From contig NC_057756.1 in the NCBI RefSeq assembly GCF_004010195.1, positions 275,401 through 339,400 on the forward strand: a stretch of DNA of 64,000 nt, read 5' to 3'. Below the pieces are notes generated by a model that worked only from the letters and a program-made list of their open reading frames with translations, was not told the origin of the DNA and did not search any database. Source of the stretch: Chiloscyllium plagiosum. Its lineage: Eukaryota. This document shows positions 1-12,930 of this stretch, piece by piece. Numbering within the stretch: position 1 is the stretch's first letter; every line of letters begins with the position of its first letter. The position numbers and the translations under genes were made by a program.

Positions 1-250
1 CACACACACACACAGATATTCCTACACACACACTCTCACATACACACGGAGACAGGTACACACAGACGCGCACACAGACACCCGCACACAGCCTTATAGA
101 CACACACACTCCTACACTCACACATGCACCGCCTCACAGACTTAAGACACTCTGCACTCACTACACACACACACTTTCTCACACCCACAACCCCCACCCC
201 AGACAGACACACACACACAGACAGACAGACAAAGACTCACATGCACACAT
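1..250. repeat. Degenerate (CA)n / CAGACA-rich microsatellite
   Basis: Runs of CACACA and CAGACA are directly visible. The ORFs here are low-complexity artefacts. Confidence 0.9.
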
Positions 251-1025
251 ATATTTTGTGGGATGAATTTGTACTTGCAGAGTTACATTGCACTTTGCTC
301 AAAAACTGCAAACATTCATATAGAACTCTGAGCTCAAAAACTGCATGAATCTATGTAAAACTCTGTTATCTCACTTTTTAGATTAGAATCAATCTAAACA
401 TCAGGTCATAGAAAGAGAACACAGGGGGCTAACACCTTCAACATATTGTCTAGCTATCACCATTGTTAACAGCTAACCCGAGAATGCAACTTTTAAAAAA
501 AGGTTTTGAGATTTACACATGAAAGAAGTGAATCTATCACTGTATTCTAACAGATGAAAGGCTTAACAGACAATCAATTTTTCAATGTATAATTTCAGTT
601 ACATCACACTGCAAATTTTTGCTATAAATTCTGTGTTACGATCGAGCCCTCCACTATCACCTGATGAAGGAGCGTCGCTATGAAAACTAGTGTGCTTCCA
701 ATTAAACCTGTTGGACTATAACCTGGTGTTGTGTGATTTTTAGCTGAAAATGTGTTGCTGGAAAAGCACAGCAGGTCAGGCAGCATCCAAGGAGCAGGAG
801 AATCGACGTTTCGGGCATGAGCCCTTCTTCAGGAAAGTGATATCTTGAAGAAGGGCTCATGCCCGAAACGTCGATTCTCCTGCTCCTTGGATGCTGCCTG
901 ACCTGCTGCGCTTGTCCAGCAACACATTTTCAGCTCTGATCTCCAGCATCTGCAGTCCTCACTTTCTCCTTGTGTGATTTTTTAACTTTGTACACCCCAG
1001 TCCAACACCGGCATCTCCAAATCAT
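251..1025 (+). mobile_element. Penelope-like element terminal segment with a degenerate hammerhead core, interrupted at 743-969
   Basis: CTGATGAAGGAGCGTCGCTATGAAA at 661-685 is a CUGAUGA..GAAA core. The sequence resumes after the duplicated TTGTGTGATTTTTA. Confidence 0.5.
743..969. mobile_element. Short PLE-derived insertion made of an inverted pair of hammerhead-bearing termini
   Basis: 743-835 is the reverse complement of about 846-934. 14-bp TSD TTGTGTGATTTTTA at 729-742 and 970-983. Confidence 0.85.
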
Positions 1026-1223
1026 GTCTTAATGAAGAAATATGCAGGCAGATGAGAAATGGGCAGACATTCATCAAGTCATATTACCAGTGGATTATAG
1101 AAAGGATGTGATGCAGATAGTGCTTTTCCAGCACCATACTCATGACTCTGATCTCCAGCATTGGCAGACCTCACTTTCTCGGAGGTGATGCGGGTAACGC
1201 ATGAACTCCCAGTAGGAGGTCAG

Positions 1224-3705
1224 TTAGAACATAGAACAGTACAGCACAGAACAGGCCCTTCAGCCCATGATGTTGTGCCGACCATTGATCCTCATGTAAG
1301 GTAAACCTAATGTACGAACCCTCAACTTTCTGTGACCATATGCATGTCCAGCAGTCTCTTAAATATCCCCAATGACCTCGCTTCCACAACTACTGCTGGC
1401 AACTCATTCCACGCTCTCACAACTCTCTGTGTAATGAACCTGCCTCTGACATCCCATCTATACTTTCCGCCAAGCAGTTAAAAACTATGACCCCTCATGT
1501 TAACAATTTCTGTCCTGGGAAAAAGTCTCTGGCTATCAACTATCAATGCCTCTCATTATTTTGTACACCTCAATTAGGTCCCCTCTCTTCCTTCTTTTTT
1601 ACAATGAAAAAAGTCCGAGCTCAATCAACCTCTCTTCGTAAGATAAGCCAGGCAGCATCCTGGTAAACCTCCTCTGAACCCTCTCCAAAGCATCCACATC
1701 TTTCCTGTAATAGGGCAACCAGAACTGGACACAGTATTCCAAGTGTGGTCTAACCAAAGTTTTATAGAGCTGCAACAAGATCTCACAGCTCTTAAACTCA
1801 ATCTCCCTGTTAATGAAAGCCAAAACACCACATGCTTTCTTAACAACCCTGTCCACCTGGGTGGCAATTTTAAGGGATCTATGTACCTGCACACCAAGAT
1901 CCCGCTGTTCCTCCACACTGCCAAGAATCCTGTCTTGAATCCTGTACTCAACTTTCAAGTTCAACCTTCCAAAATGCATCACTTCGCATTTATCCAGGTT
2001 GAACTCCATCTGCCACCTCTCAGCCCATCTCTGCATCCTGTCAATGTCACGCTGCAGCCTACAACAGTCCTCTATACTGTCAACGTCATCTCCAACCTTT
2101 GTGTCGTCTGCAAACTTGCTAACCCATCCTTCAATCTCCTCATCCAAGTCATTAATAAAAATTACAAAGAGTAGAGGCCCAAGAACAGAGCCCTGTGGAA
2201 CACCACTCACCACTGACTTCCAGGAAGAATATTTTCTTTTCACTACCACTCGCTGTCTTCTGTCGACCAGCCAATTCTGTATCCAGACAGCTAAATGTCC
2301 CTGTATCCCATTCCTCCTGACCTTCTGAACGAGCCTACCATGGGGAGCCTTATCAAATGCCTTGCTGAAGTCGATATACACCACATCCACCGCTCAACCC
2401 TCATCAACTTGTCTAGTAACATCCTCAAAGAACTCAATAAGATTTGAGGCATGACCTGCCCCTCACAAAGCTGTGCTGACTGCATTTAATCAAGCCATGC
2501 TCTTCCAGATGATCATAAATCTAATCCCTCAGAATCCTTTCTAACACCTTGCAGACGACAGACGTTAGACTGACTGGTCTGTAATTGCCAGGGATTTCCC
2601 TATTTCTTTTCTTGAAGACAGGAATTACATTTGCCTCCCTCCAGTCTTCTGATACGACTCCAGTGGAGAGCGAGGATGCAAAGATCTTCGCAAGCAGCGA
2701 AACAATCATATTTCTCGCTTCCCAAAGCAGCCGAGGACAAATCTAGTCTGGCCCTGGCGACTTGTCAATCTTAATGTTTGTCAGAATTTTCAGCTTATCA
2801 GCTTCCTCAATCTCTATCCGTTCCAGCATGCTTACCTGCTCCTCAATGGTTTCATTCACTACAAGGTCCTTTTTGTTTAGTAAAGACAGAAGCAAAAAAT
2901 TCACTTAGGGCTCCCCCTACCTCCTCAGATTCTATACACAAGTTCCCTATGCTATCCCTGATCGGCCCTACTCTTTCTTTGATCATTCTCTTATTCCTCA
3001 CATACACGTAAAATGCCTTTGGATTCTCCCTAACCCTTCCTGCCAAGCCTTTTTTGTGCCCCCTCTTGGCTCTCCTCAGACCATTACTGAGCTCCTTCCT
3101 CACCTGCCTGTAATCCTCTAGAGCTGAGCAAGACCCTTGCTTCCTCCACCTTACGTAAGCTGCCTTCTTTCTTTTGATGAGAAGCCCCTCCGCTCTCGTC
3201 ATCCAAGGTTCCTTTATCTTACCCCTTCTTGTCTGTCTCAGAGGAACACATTTATGCATCACTCGCAACAACTGTTCCTTAAACAGTCTTCACATGTCTA
3301 TAGTGCTCTTTCCATGGAACAATTGCTCCCAGTCCATGCTTCCCAATTCACGTCTGATAGCATAGTTTCCTTTTTCCCAATTAAATATCCTCCCATTGTG
3401 CCTGCTTCTCTCCTTCTCCATAGCTATGTAGAATGTGAGGCAGTTGTGGTCACTATCACCAAAATGCTCTCCCACCGCAAGATCTGACACCTGCCCCAGC
3501 TCATTGTTGAGCACCAAATCCAAAATGGTCTCTCCCCTCGTCAGCCTGTCAACATACTAAGTTAGGAAACCCTCCTAAACACACCTTACAAAAAACAGCT
3601 CCTTCCAAACCATCTGCTCGAAGGAGGTTCCAATCAATATTGGGAAAGTTAAAGTCACCCATTACAACAACCCTACTACATTCACACTTTTCCAAAATCT
3701 GCCGA
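1224..3705 (-). mobile_element. CR1/HER1-type LINE, ORF2 (APE C-terminal part plus RT) and 3' tail, degenerate
   Basis: ORF 1599-2390 has DFSKAFD, GVPQGSVLGP, FADD and LVRPHLEY. EN motifs GDFNFPNIDW and DSDHN lie upstream. AGAACATAGAAC tail at about 1225. Confidence 0.95.
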
Positions 3706-3785
3706 TTAGGGGTAAGAAAAATGCAAAAATATTTTTTCCTGGTCTGGACTGTGCAAGGATGTAAGTGAATTTTGCCAGACATTGC

Positions 3786-4115
3786 CAGCAAGATGGCCTT
3801 TCACAGAAAGGATCTGGAGCACTGGGGATAGGGTTAGACACTTCAGTTAAAGGAAAGCTGAAAATGCATTGCAGGCAGTTCAGAGAAGGTTTACCAGACT
3901 CGTATCTGGAATGGGCAGGGGAAAGAATAGGGATAGCGAGAAATATTTTACATGGCATGTTATACTGATCAGGAATGCACCGACTAAAGGAAAAAAAAAT
4001 CCGACTTCACTTTCAAAAGAAAGCTGGATAACTAATTGAGGGACAAGAATTCACACAGCTGTTGGGAAAGGCTTAGGGACGGTGATGAGAGAAACTGGAA
4101 AGCTATTTCCTGGAG
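3786..4115 (+). mobile_element. Older CR1-like LINE fragment in opposite orientation
   Basis: GCAGTTCAGAGAAGGTTTACCAGA reads AVQRRFTR, a CR1 C-terminal motif. It is homologous to 57320-57468 on the minus strand. Confidence 0.6.
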
Positions 4116-5790
4116 GAACATAGAACATAGAACAGTACAGCCCCTTCAGCCTTCAATGTTGTTCCGGCCTTTTATTCTACTCTCAGATCAGACAAACCAA
4201 CACACCCTTCATAGTACTATCTTCCATATGCCTATCCAAGAGTTACATCCAACACCCATTCCTGCCCCTGTGATTTCCAAGTCTCTGTAATGGTCACAAC
4301 ATCACCACAGTTCCAAGTACTGATTCATGCTCGAAGTTCTTCACCCTTATTCCTGACACTTCTTGCATTAAAAATAGACACACTACTGACTGCAAATTTG
4401 TCCTATCAACTGTCTATCTTTTCTCACAGACTCTCTGCACACTGTATATGCCTGTTCACCAGCTACCCAATTCTCTGATCCAGAGCTCCAGTTCCCATCC
4501 CCCTTACTAGTTTAAACCCTCCTGAAGAGCTCTAGCAAACCTCCTGCCCAGGATATTGGGGCCCCTCCAGTTTAGGTACAACCCATCCTCCTTGTACAGG
4601 TCCCACCTTCCCAAGAAGGTATCCTAATGATCCACATATCTGAAGCCCTCCCTCCTACACTCGCTCTGGAGTGACGTGTTCAACTACACTCGCTCTCTAT
4701 TCCTGGCCTCACTAGCCTGTGGCACTGGTAGCATTCCTGACATTACTACGCTACTCTTCCTGCCTTTTAGCTTCCAACCTAACTCCCTATATTCACTTTG
4801 CAGGTCCACTTCCCTTTCCCTACCCATGTCATTGGTCCCGATGTATACCACGACTTCTGGTTGCTCTCTCTCCCCCTGAAGAATCCTGTAGACTCGATCA
4901 AAGACATCCCTGACCCTGGCACCCAGGAGGCAACATACCACCTGGGAGTCTCGTTCACGACCACAGAATCTCCTGTCTCTTCCTTGAATTATTGAATCTC
5001 CTATCACTATCGTTCTTCTATTCTCCCCTCTTCCCTTCTGAGCCACAGAGCCAGGTTCTGTGTCATAGATCTGGCTGCTGTAGCTTTATCCTGGAAGGTG
5101 CCCTACCTCCCAAATAGTATCCAAATAGTATACTTGTTATTGAGGGGAATGGCCACAGGAGATAAAACATAGAACAATACAGCACAGAACAGGCCCTTCG
5201 GCCCACGATGTTGTGCCGAACATTTGTCCTAGCTTAAGCACCCATCCATGTACCTATCCAATTGCCACTTAAAGCAGGCAACATCCTGGTAAATCTTCTC
5301 TGCACCTTCTCCAAAGCTTCCACATCTTTCCTAAAGTGAGGCGACCAGAACTGCACACAGTACTCCAAATGTGGCCTAACCAAAGTCCTGTACAGCTGCA
5401 ACATCACTTCACGACTCTTGAATTCAATCCCTCTGCTAATGAACGCTAATCCCTGCACTGTCTGCCTATTCCCTTTCCCTCTCCTGTCGGTCAACCAGTT
5501 ACCTTTATCCTGTAACCTAGGTGTGACTATTTCCCTATAACTTCTCTCAATCATTCCCTCAGCCTTCCGAATGATCAGAAGTACATCCGGCTTCAGCTCC
5601 AACTCCCTAACGCAGTCTGTGAGGAGCTGAAGTTGGGTACGCTTCCCGCAGGTGGTGAAGTCAGCAGAGACATCAGTGGGGACCCTTACCTCCCACATCC
5701 TACAAGACGAGCATGCAACTGCTCTAGCTTCCATCCCCTCTGCTCTAAATTGCCAAACAAGATTTTAAGAATCTTACCTTACCAAGTCTC
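4116..5790 (-). mobile_element. CR1 5' region: ORF1 (Cys-rich N-terminus plus SGNH esterase domain) and start of ORF2, with a CR1 3' tail fragment at 4116-4250
   Basis: ORF 4684-5046 has IVIGDSII...VVVYIGTND (GDSL/SGNH blocks typical of CR1 ORF1). MEARAVACSSCRMW starts at 5734. Confidence 0.85.
5163..5448 (-). mobile_element. Young internally deleted CR1 3' fragment inserted into CR1 ORF1
   Basis: AACATAGAACAATACAGC tail followed by RT C-terminus (LVRPHLEYCVQFWSP). The first ~110 bp are nearly identical to 49410-49520. Confidence 0.8.
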
Positions 5791-5814
5791 CACACACAGT
5801 GTTTTCTTTTGGTT

Positions 5815-6120
5815 CTCAAATGGAGTTCTCTAATTTCAAATAACTTTCCCACACATCCTCCAATTTTCTTTCCAGCCCTGCCTCCTCCCTTACATTCCCC
5901 CAATGACCAACTGGATTCATCCCTCTCATCGACCAACCAGGTCGTACCCCTACCTATCACTACCGTGCCATTCCACTACTCTCCCTACCCCACACCCCCC
6001 TCTTTATGTGTAGCTCTCCCGAGCCCCATAAGTAGTTCTGAAGAAGGCTTAATACGCATTATACTTCTCCACCCCCTCATGCTGCCTCACTTGATGTGCT
6101 CTTCCGGTCTCCTGTTTGTT
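5815..6120 (+). mobile_element. Degenerate PLE 3' terminal fragment
   Basis: C-rich tract followed by CTGAAGAAGG and a GCTGCCTCACTTGATGTG tail, the same layout as 35990-36307. Confidence 0.5.
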
Positions 6121-6121
6121 T

Positions 6122-6225
6122 AGGGCAGAGGAGGTGCCGCACTGCCTGAGGGTCAGGGCAGAGGGGGCGCCGAACTGTCTGAGGGTCCAGGTAGACTGGG
6201 TGCCGCACTGCCCGAGGGTCTGTAC
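6122..6225. repeat. ~35-bp minisatellite, 3 units (GGGCAGAGGRGGTGCCGCACTGCCTGAGGGTCA-like)
   Basis: Units start at about 6122, 6156 and 6190. Confidence 0.75.
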
Positions 6226-9200
6226 TCAGCTATTTAATATTTCACTGGCCACAGGTGAAGTGCCAGATGACTAGAAGATAGCTAATGTGGTTCCTTTGTT
6301 CAAGGAGAAGTGCGGGGGTAGGCCGGGTCATTACAGACTAGTTAGTCTGACACCAGTGCTCAGGATACTATTGGAAAATGTTCTGAAGAATGGGATTAAT
6401 CAATACCAGGATCAGCAGGAATAGATCTGGCATAATATGCCAGGATTTGTGAGAGGGTGATCTTGTCTAATTGAATTGAGTTTTTTGAAAAGATGACTAT
6501 ATCTATTGATGAGAGTATTGCAGTTGATGTGGTTTGCATGGACTTCAGTAAGGCCTTTGACAAAGTCCCACATGGAAGGCTGGTCCAAAAGGTAAAACCC
6601 ATGGGATCCAAGGCAAATTGGCAAACTGGGTCTAAAACTGGCTTCGAACTAGGAGGTAAAGGTGACAGTGAGGGGATGCTTTTGTGATTGGAAGCTTGTG
6701 ATCAGCAGTCTACCACAGGGCTTAGTGCTGGAAGACTTGCTATTTGTTATATACATTAATGACTTGGATGTGAATGTCAAAGGTATAATTATTAATTTTG
6801 CAGATGACACAAAAATTGGTGTTTGTTGAGAGGATGGTCTCAGGATGCAGGCTGATATTTATCAGCAAATAAATTCGGTAGAGCAGTATCAGATGGAATT
6901 TAGTTCCGATAAGAGTGAGGTAATGCATTTCGGAATGTCTACTAAGGGAAGGATGTACATAATGAAGAGTAGGTTTCCAGGGAGTACTAAGGAACTAAGT
7001 GCCCTTGGTGTCTTAGTCCATGAATTCCTGAAGGTGTCAGCACAGGTAGACAGGATGGCATACAGGAGGATTCTAAACTCCTGGGTATAGAACATGGGAG
7101 TGAGGAGGTATGGTTATATGTTTATAAAGCATTGGTTAGGCCACAGATGGAATACTCTGCAGTTTTGGTCACCTCACTATTGCAAGGATGTGATTGTACC
7201 GGAGAGGGTGCAGAAAAGGTTCACCAGGATGTTGCCGAGGATGAAAAGTCTCAGTTATGTGGAGACACTTGATAAGCTGGGTTTGAATTTCTCCTGCAAT
7301 TCCTGTCAGTCTTTGTTTCATACTGGAGAATTCCATACTCCTGGGCATAGAATACTGGAGCGAGGAAGTCTTGTTACATTTTTATAAAACACTTAGGCCA
7401 CAGATGGAATACTCTGCAGTTTTGGTCACCATGTGATTGCAAGGATGTGATTGTACTGGAGAGGGTGCAGAATAGATTCACCAGGATGTTGCCCAGGATG
7501 AAAAGCCTCAGTTAGTTATGTGAAGAGACTTGGTAGGCTGGGTTTGTTTTTCTGTGGAGCACAGGAGGATGAAGGGGGATCTGACTGAAGAACACAACAT
7601 TATGGGAGGCAGAGACAGAGTAGATTGTGAGAATCTTTTCCCCATGGCAGACATATCTGTGACCAGAGGGCATAGGTACATGATATGAGTAAATGGTCTA
7701 AAGGAGTTCTGAGACAAGATTTTTCACCCAGAGGGTGGTAGAAATATAGAACATGCTGCCTGAAAGAGTGGTACAGGCAGGTACTCTCATACCATTTTAG
7801 AAGCATCTGGACAAGTACTAGCCAAGGCATTGTCAGCTTTGGACCAAGCACAGGTAAATGGGATTTCTGTATTTTGGTGATTGTTGGTTAGCATAGACAT
7901 GCTGTATGACGCTGTCATTCCATGACACTAACATCCTGTTGGTTACCACTGATCAAAAACTGAACAGGACTCACCAAATAAATGCTGTGGCTACAAGAGC
8001 AGGTCAGAGGCTGGGAATCACCCCCTGACTCCCCAGACGCTGTCCACCATCTGCAAGGCACACGTCAGGATTCTGAGGGAATACTCCCTACTTACCTGGA
8101 TGGGTACAGCTCTAATACCGCTCAAGAAGCTTGACATCATCTTGATTGGTATCATATCCACAAACATTCACTCCCTCCAGCACCAATGCTCAGTTGCAGC
8201 AGTGTGTACCATCTTCAAGATGCACTGCAGTAACTCACCAAGGCTCCTCAGATAGCACCTTCCAAATCTATGACCACTACTGTCCAAAATGACCAGGGCA
8301 GTAGTGTTGGAGGGAATTAGATGAATCAAGTCTCTAATTTAAGTGGAACGTAACAAGGCTGCCTTTATTCAAACATGTACCGATACAGCGTGGGAGAGGC
8401 CTCAGAGTCAAACTCTAAGACACACTGCCGTCACTTACAGGTCAAAACAAGGTACTTGTAACCATTGTGATGCAGATATGTACATGTAGCATTGGTAATA
8501 AAATGAACTAAATATCAGTACTTTACTGTTGAAACAAAATGCAGCTCATTTACTTGCATGGTGCGGAGTCTCCTAATTCCAACAGAACAACTGTGTACAG
8601 TTCTGGTTGCCCTGCAATAGAAAGGATATTATTAAAATCGGAAAAGGTGCAGAAACGATTTGCAAGGACATTATAAGGAATGGAGGGTTTAAGTTATCAG
8701 GAGAGGCTAGGTGCACTGGCACTTTTTTTCCCCCCATTGGACAGATCTTTTCCCGAGGGTGACAGAGTTCAAAACTACAGGGCATATTTTTAAGGTGAGA
8801 TGAGAAAGATTTAAAAGGGGCCTGATGGCTTTCCTATCCAATACGGAGTCATGCATCCTCTACAGCTACTCAGAACCCAAAAACATGTTGTAAGTGCTAA
8901 GTCTGGTTTGTAAAAATGCAACAGGAATGGGAAGTGAATTTTTTTACAGAATCAGAGGCAGAAAAGTAGTGAGGGGAGAGAAGTGAAGTGAGATAACTTG
9001 GACTCTTGCTGCAGGAGCCCATTTTCTGTAAACTACTGATAAAAGGTCATTAGTTTCGTTTCTTGCCAAGTTTCATATTGAATTGGAACATTCCAGCATT
9101 GAGACACACTCTGTTTATGTATTTTCAGTGGCTCAGAGACTGGGAATGTTTCCAGGCAGTTGCTTGGCTCAGAAAAGGTTTTTTTTTCAAAACAACTGAG

Positions 9201-10650
9201 CTCTGGGAAATAAAAAGTACCTTGAACCAAACTCTGTCAACAATACCATCCTTCCTCTCTTAAGGCTGTTCCTAAGGTTCTTCTCTGAAAGACCTTAGAT
9301 GATCCAGGTGGATTATTCTGACAATCAACAACTCCCAGGGAGCAGGAGTCATCTCCTGAATTTAATTGATAGTTTTGTTTCCTCATTTGCCTCATCGTTC
9401 GATCTTTGTGACCCTTTCATCAGAATAGAAACTGGAACTTTAGCACTGTTTTCTCTCTCTCTCTCTCTCTCCACAGATGCTGAATTTCTCCAGCAATTCC
9501 TGTCTGTCTTCGTTTCATATCGCCACTGTCCCTTATAAAATTTTAAGAAATTGTTTCCTTTCGGTATGGACTTTCTAAATGAAAAGTCCACTGACCCCAC
9601 TCCAGTAGTTCTAACCAATCTAAGACTTGGGACAAACTCTACCCTGGTTTACAGTGGGAGAGATGGGAATAAAGAGGTGAATGTAAGTTTACATAGAAGT
9701 GTACCCCGTTCTTTTGAGCTTCTCACCAAGAGGAAGGGCATTCTGTCATCATCGATCCCATCAAAGCCCCTCTGCGATCTCACATTTTTCAGCTCTGTGG
9801 GGAAACGGGACATCACCACACCAAGAATGAGCCGAATAAAGCTTCTTTGAACTGCTTCTAACACAAGTTTATCCTTTCTTTAGGAAGGAGACCCAAACTG
9901 CAATGCAGAGCTTCAGGTGTAGGTTCACGAGAGGAGACCTGGCAGCATCAGCAGCGATAGTATCGGTGAGATGGGCCCAAAGTGGACTCATGATGGCAGT
10001 GCAGTTGGGTTTGGGCTGGTGCAGTACCTGGTACCATCTACATTGGTGAGGTCCATCGAGGAGTCAGTGTCAAGGGCATTGGTGGAGGTAAGGTGGCACA
10101 GACGAGTGGGCAACCTTCACTCCAGCAGCAGAGGGGACTCGTGCCTGACCAAGCCCATGGCCCAGCACTTAAGAAGAAGATCGGATCCCTTCTCGCAGAG
10201 CGCTTTAGAGAACAAAAACCTTCAACTTTACAATCCTTGTTAAGATGAATACCAGATCTTTATTTTCCTGCCTTTATAATCTTTATTTTGCTTTATTCCT
10301 CAGAGTTCTAAGAAGTCACGGGAACCACAGGGATACACTGAATAGGCTGAGGCTATTTTCCCTGGTGCATCAGACACCAACAAGTAACTTTATAGGAGGT
10401 TAATAAAATCATGAGGGGCATGGATAGGGTGAATAGCCCAGGTAGAGGAGCCCAGAACCAGAGGGCATGGCTTTAGGTGGAGCAGGGAACATTAGCAGTA
10501 CGTTTTTCACGCAGAGGGTGGCACGCGTATGGAGTGAGCAGCCAGAGGAAGTGGAGGAGGCTGGTACAATTACACTAGTTAAAAAGGAATTTGCATGGAT
10601 ATATTAACAGGAAGGGTTGAGGGGGGGGATGTAGGCCAAAAGATGGAAAA
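6190..10650 (+). repeat. Segmental duplication copy A (CR1 RT fragment plus anonymous sequence)
   Basis: Collinear with 25970-28880 and 36308-38101 across several unrelated repeat junctions. Confidence 0.9.
6226..7915 (+). mobile_element. Degenerate CR1 RT and 3' end, with an internal tandem duplication (~7060-7285 / ~7320-7545)
   Basis: MDFSKAFDKVPHGRL and FADDTK motifs. VQKRFTRMLP occurs twice. Confidence 0.85.
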
Positions 10651-11419
10651 TGGAACTAGATTAATGGAAAATCTGGTCAGCATAGACAAGTAGGACCAAA
10701 GGGTCGGTTTTCATGTCGTACATCTCCATAACTCTACTACTCTTCCCCAACATCCCTCAGTCAGGTCAGCCTGCTGCAGTACAGCTGCACTAGCTGGTAT
10801 TTGCCTGAGAAAGTGAAGTTACCCAGTTTTGGCCCAACAATCACATATGGCCCACATGTGTCGTAGAAACCAAAAGCAGCAAATTCCCACCGTAAAAGTA
10901 CATACTCTCAAGCATCAGCCACACACCAATTACTTGGCTCTCTGACATTTCGCGTGGATTCCACTAGCCCCAGGCATCTCCCAGCACAAATATGACAAAT
11001 TGAAGAGTGACTGCCCTTGACATCAAAGCAAAATCTCACTCACCATTTATCAAGGGCGGCTAATGAGCTCATCCACCTGCTCTGCCATTCAATGAGATCA
11101 AGGCTGATTTGATAATGATCATCTCAAAGCTGCATTCTGACCAATATAAGAACCAGCCCAGCAGATCCTGTAAACAGGAACCACCAAAACAGTTCCCCAG
11201 ACTTTCCCACCATTTATAACACCCACATTATTGTTTTCTTGTCAATGTCTGCTAATGTATGCCTGTCTGTCTGTGCACACACGAGTCTGTGTGGCTGCCT
11301 GTATGTGCACATGCATGAGTCTGCACACCTGTCTGTCTGTGAGCGTGCACACCCGAGTCTGTCTGTCTGCCTGCCTGTCTGTGTGCACACGGAGAGTCTG
11401 TAGACTTGTCTATCCATCT

Positions 11420-11665
11420 GCGGAGTTTGCATATTTGCCCTGTTCCTGCGTGGGTTTCCTCCGGATACTCTGGTCTCCTCCCACAACCCAAAGATATGCA
11501 GGTTAGGCGAATTGGCCATGTTAAATCGACCACAGTGTTCAGAGATGTGAGAGTTAGGTGTATTAGTTAGGGGTAAATATAGGGTATGGCAATGAGTCTC
11601 TTCAGAGGGCCAGTGTGGACTTGTTGGGTTAATTGACCTGTTTCCACACCGTAGGAATTCTAATT
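11420..11665 (+). mobile_element. HE1-like V-SINE, 5'-truncated
   Basis: GGAGTTTGCAT...GGGTTTCCTCCGG...CAAAGATATGCAGGTTAGG central domain. Confidence 0.8.
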
Positions 11666-12289
11666 TAGGGTTTTGACGAGCAGTTTAATAAGCCAATGCT
11701 TTTTCCTAGTTCTACTACAATGCATCACCTCACATTTCACTGCATTGAGGTTTAGCTGCCAGATGTCTGCCACTTTGGCCAACTTATCAATGCCCTCTGA
11801 AGTCGCTCAGCATCATCCTCACTTTTCACTATTCTCCCAGCTTACTGTCATCTGAAAATTTAGAGATTTTGCCCCGAACACCATTCCCTTGGTAACATCA
11901 CTTTCAACTTAGCTCCAGTTTGAGAAATGCCCATCTATACCTCTCCTCTGTTTCCTATAATTTAGCCATGCTGCCAAGGACCCAACAAACCCAAACATTT
12001 CAAATCTGCTCACAATCTGCCATGTGGCAGCATATCAAACATGGTGAAATAAATAAATAACTTGAAACTGGAAAATTTAAAAATCAGCATTGACAGAAGT
12101 AGGATTGGAGAAATCATAAAGTGAAAGCATGAATCGAAAGCTAACTTCAAGGCATTAGTTTCTGTTCAAACATGTTAAATCACAAACCAAAATCAACTGA
12201 ACTCTGTCCAAGTCACTCTTTAATCTTGTAATTAGTTTTTTGCTGCTCTACTGAAACCCCAAGCTGACTTACCAGCAGACGAAGTGAAT

Positions 12290-12930
12290 ACAGACTCACA
12301 GAAGTCTACAGCAAGGAAGGCAGTCCATCCAGTCTGTGCCAGTCAAAAGCAACCACCAAACTATTCTAATCCCATTTTCCAGCACTTGGGCTACAGTGTT
12401 GTCTGCCTAAACATCATAAGTGCATATCTAAATTCTTCTTCAAATGTGATGAGAGTTTCTGCCTCAACCATCCTTACAGGCAGTGAGGTACAGGCACCCA
12501 CCACCCTCGAGGTGGAAAAGGCTCCTCACATCCCTTCAAAATCTCTGCCTTGTACCTTAACTCCATGCACCCTGATCATTGATCTGTCCAAAGGGATAAG
12601 CTTCTTCCTCACTACCCTATCTATGCTCCTCCTGATGTTATACATCATATTCCCCCCTCATTCTCTTCTGCTCTAAAGGAAAACAACCCCAGTCTGTCCA
12701 ATCTCTCTTTATGACAAACTCTCCAGCCCAGGAAACATCCTGGTCAATCTCCATCTGCACAGTCTCCAGTGCTATCACATCCCTTCTGTAATGTGGATTT
12801 CTGAACTTCACACAATACACTCACTGTGCCAAACCAGCGTTTTATGTAGTTCCAGCATAACCACTCAGCTCCTAAACTCTGCCTTAACTGATAAAGGCAA
12901 GTATCCCATAAGCCTGCTGACTACATTATC
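12290..12930 (-). mobile_element. CR1 3' fragment
   Basis: YCV..RNPHYRRDVIALETVQ motif in ORF 12638-12820. Confidence 0.75.

Noticed and set aside
5234..5734. 166-aa ORF fusing a CR1 ORF1 N-terminus to an RT C-terminus
   Set aside because: A chance in-frame chimera created by a nested CR1 insertion; no sign of function.
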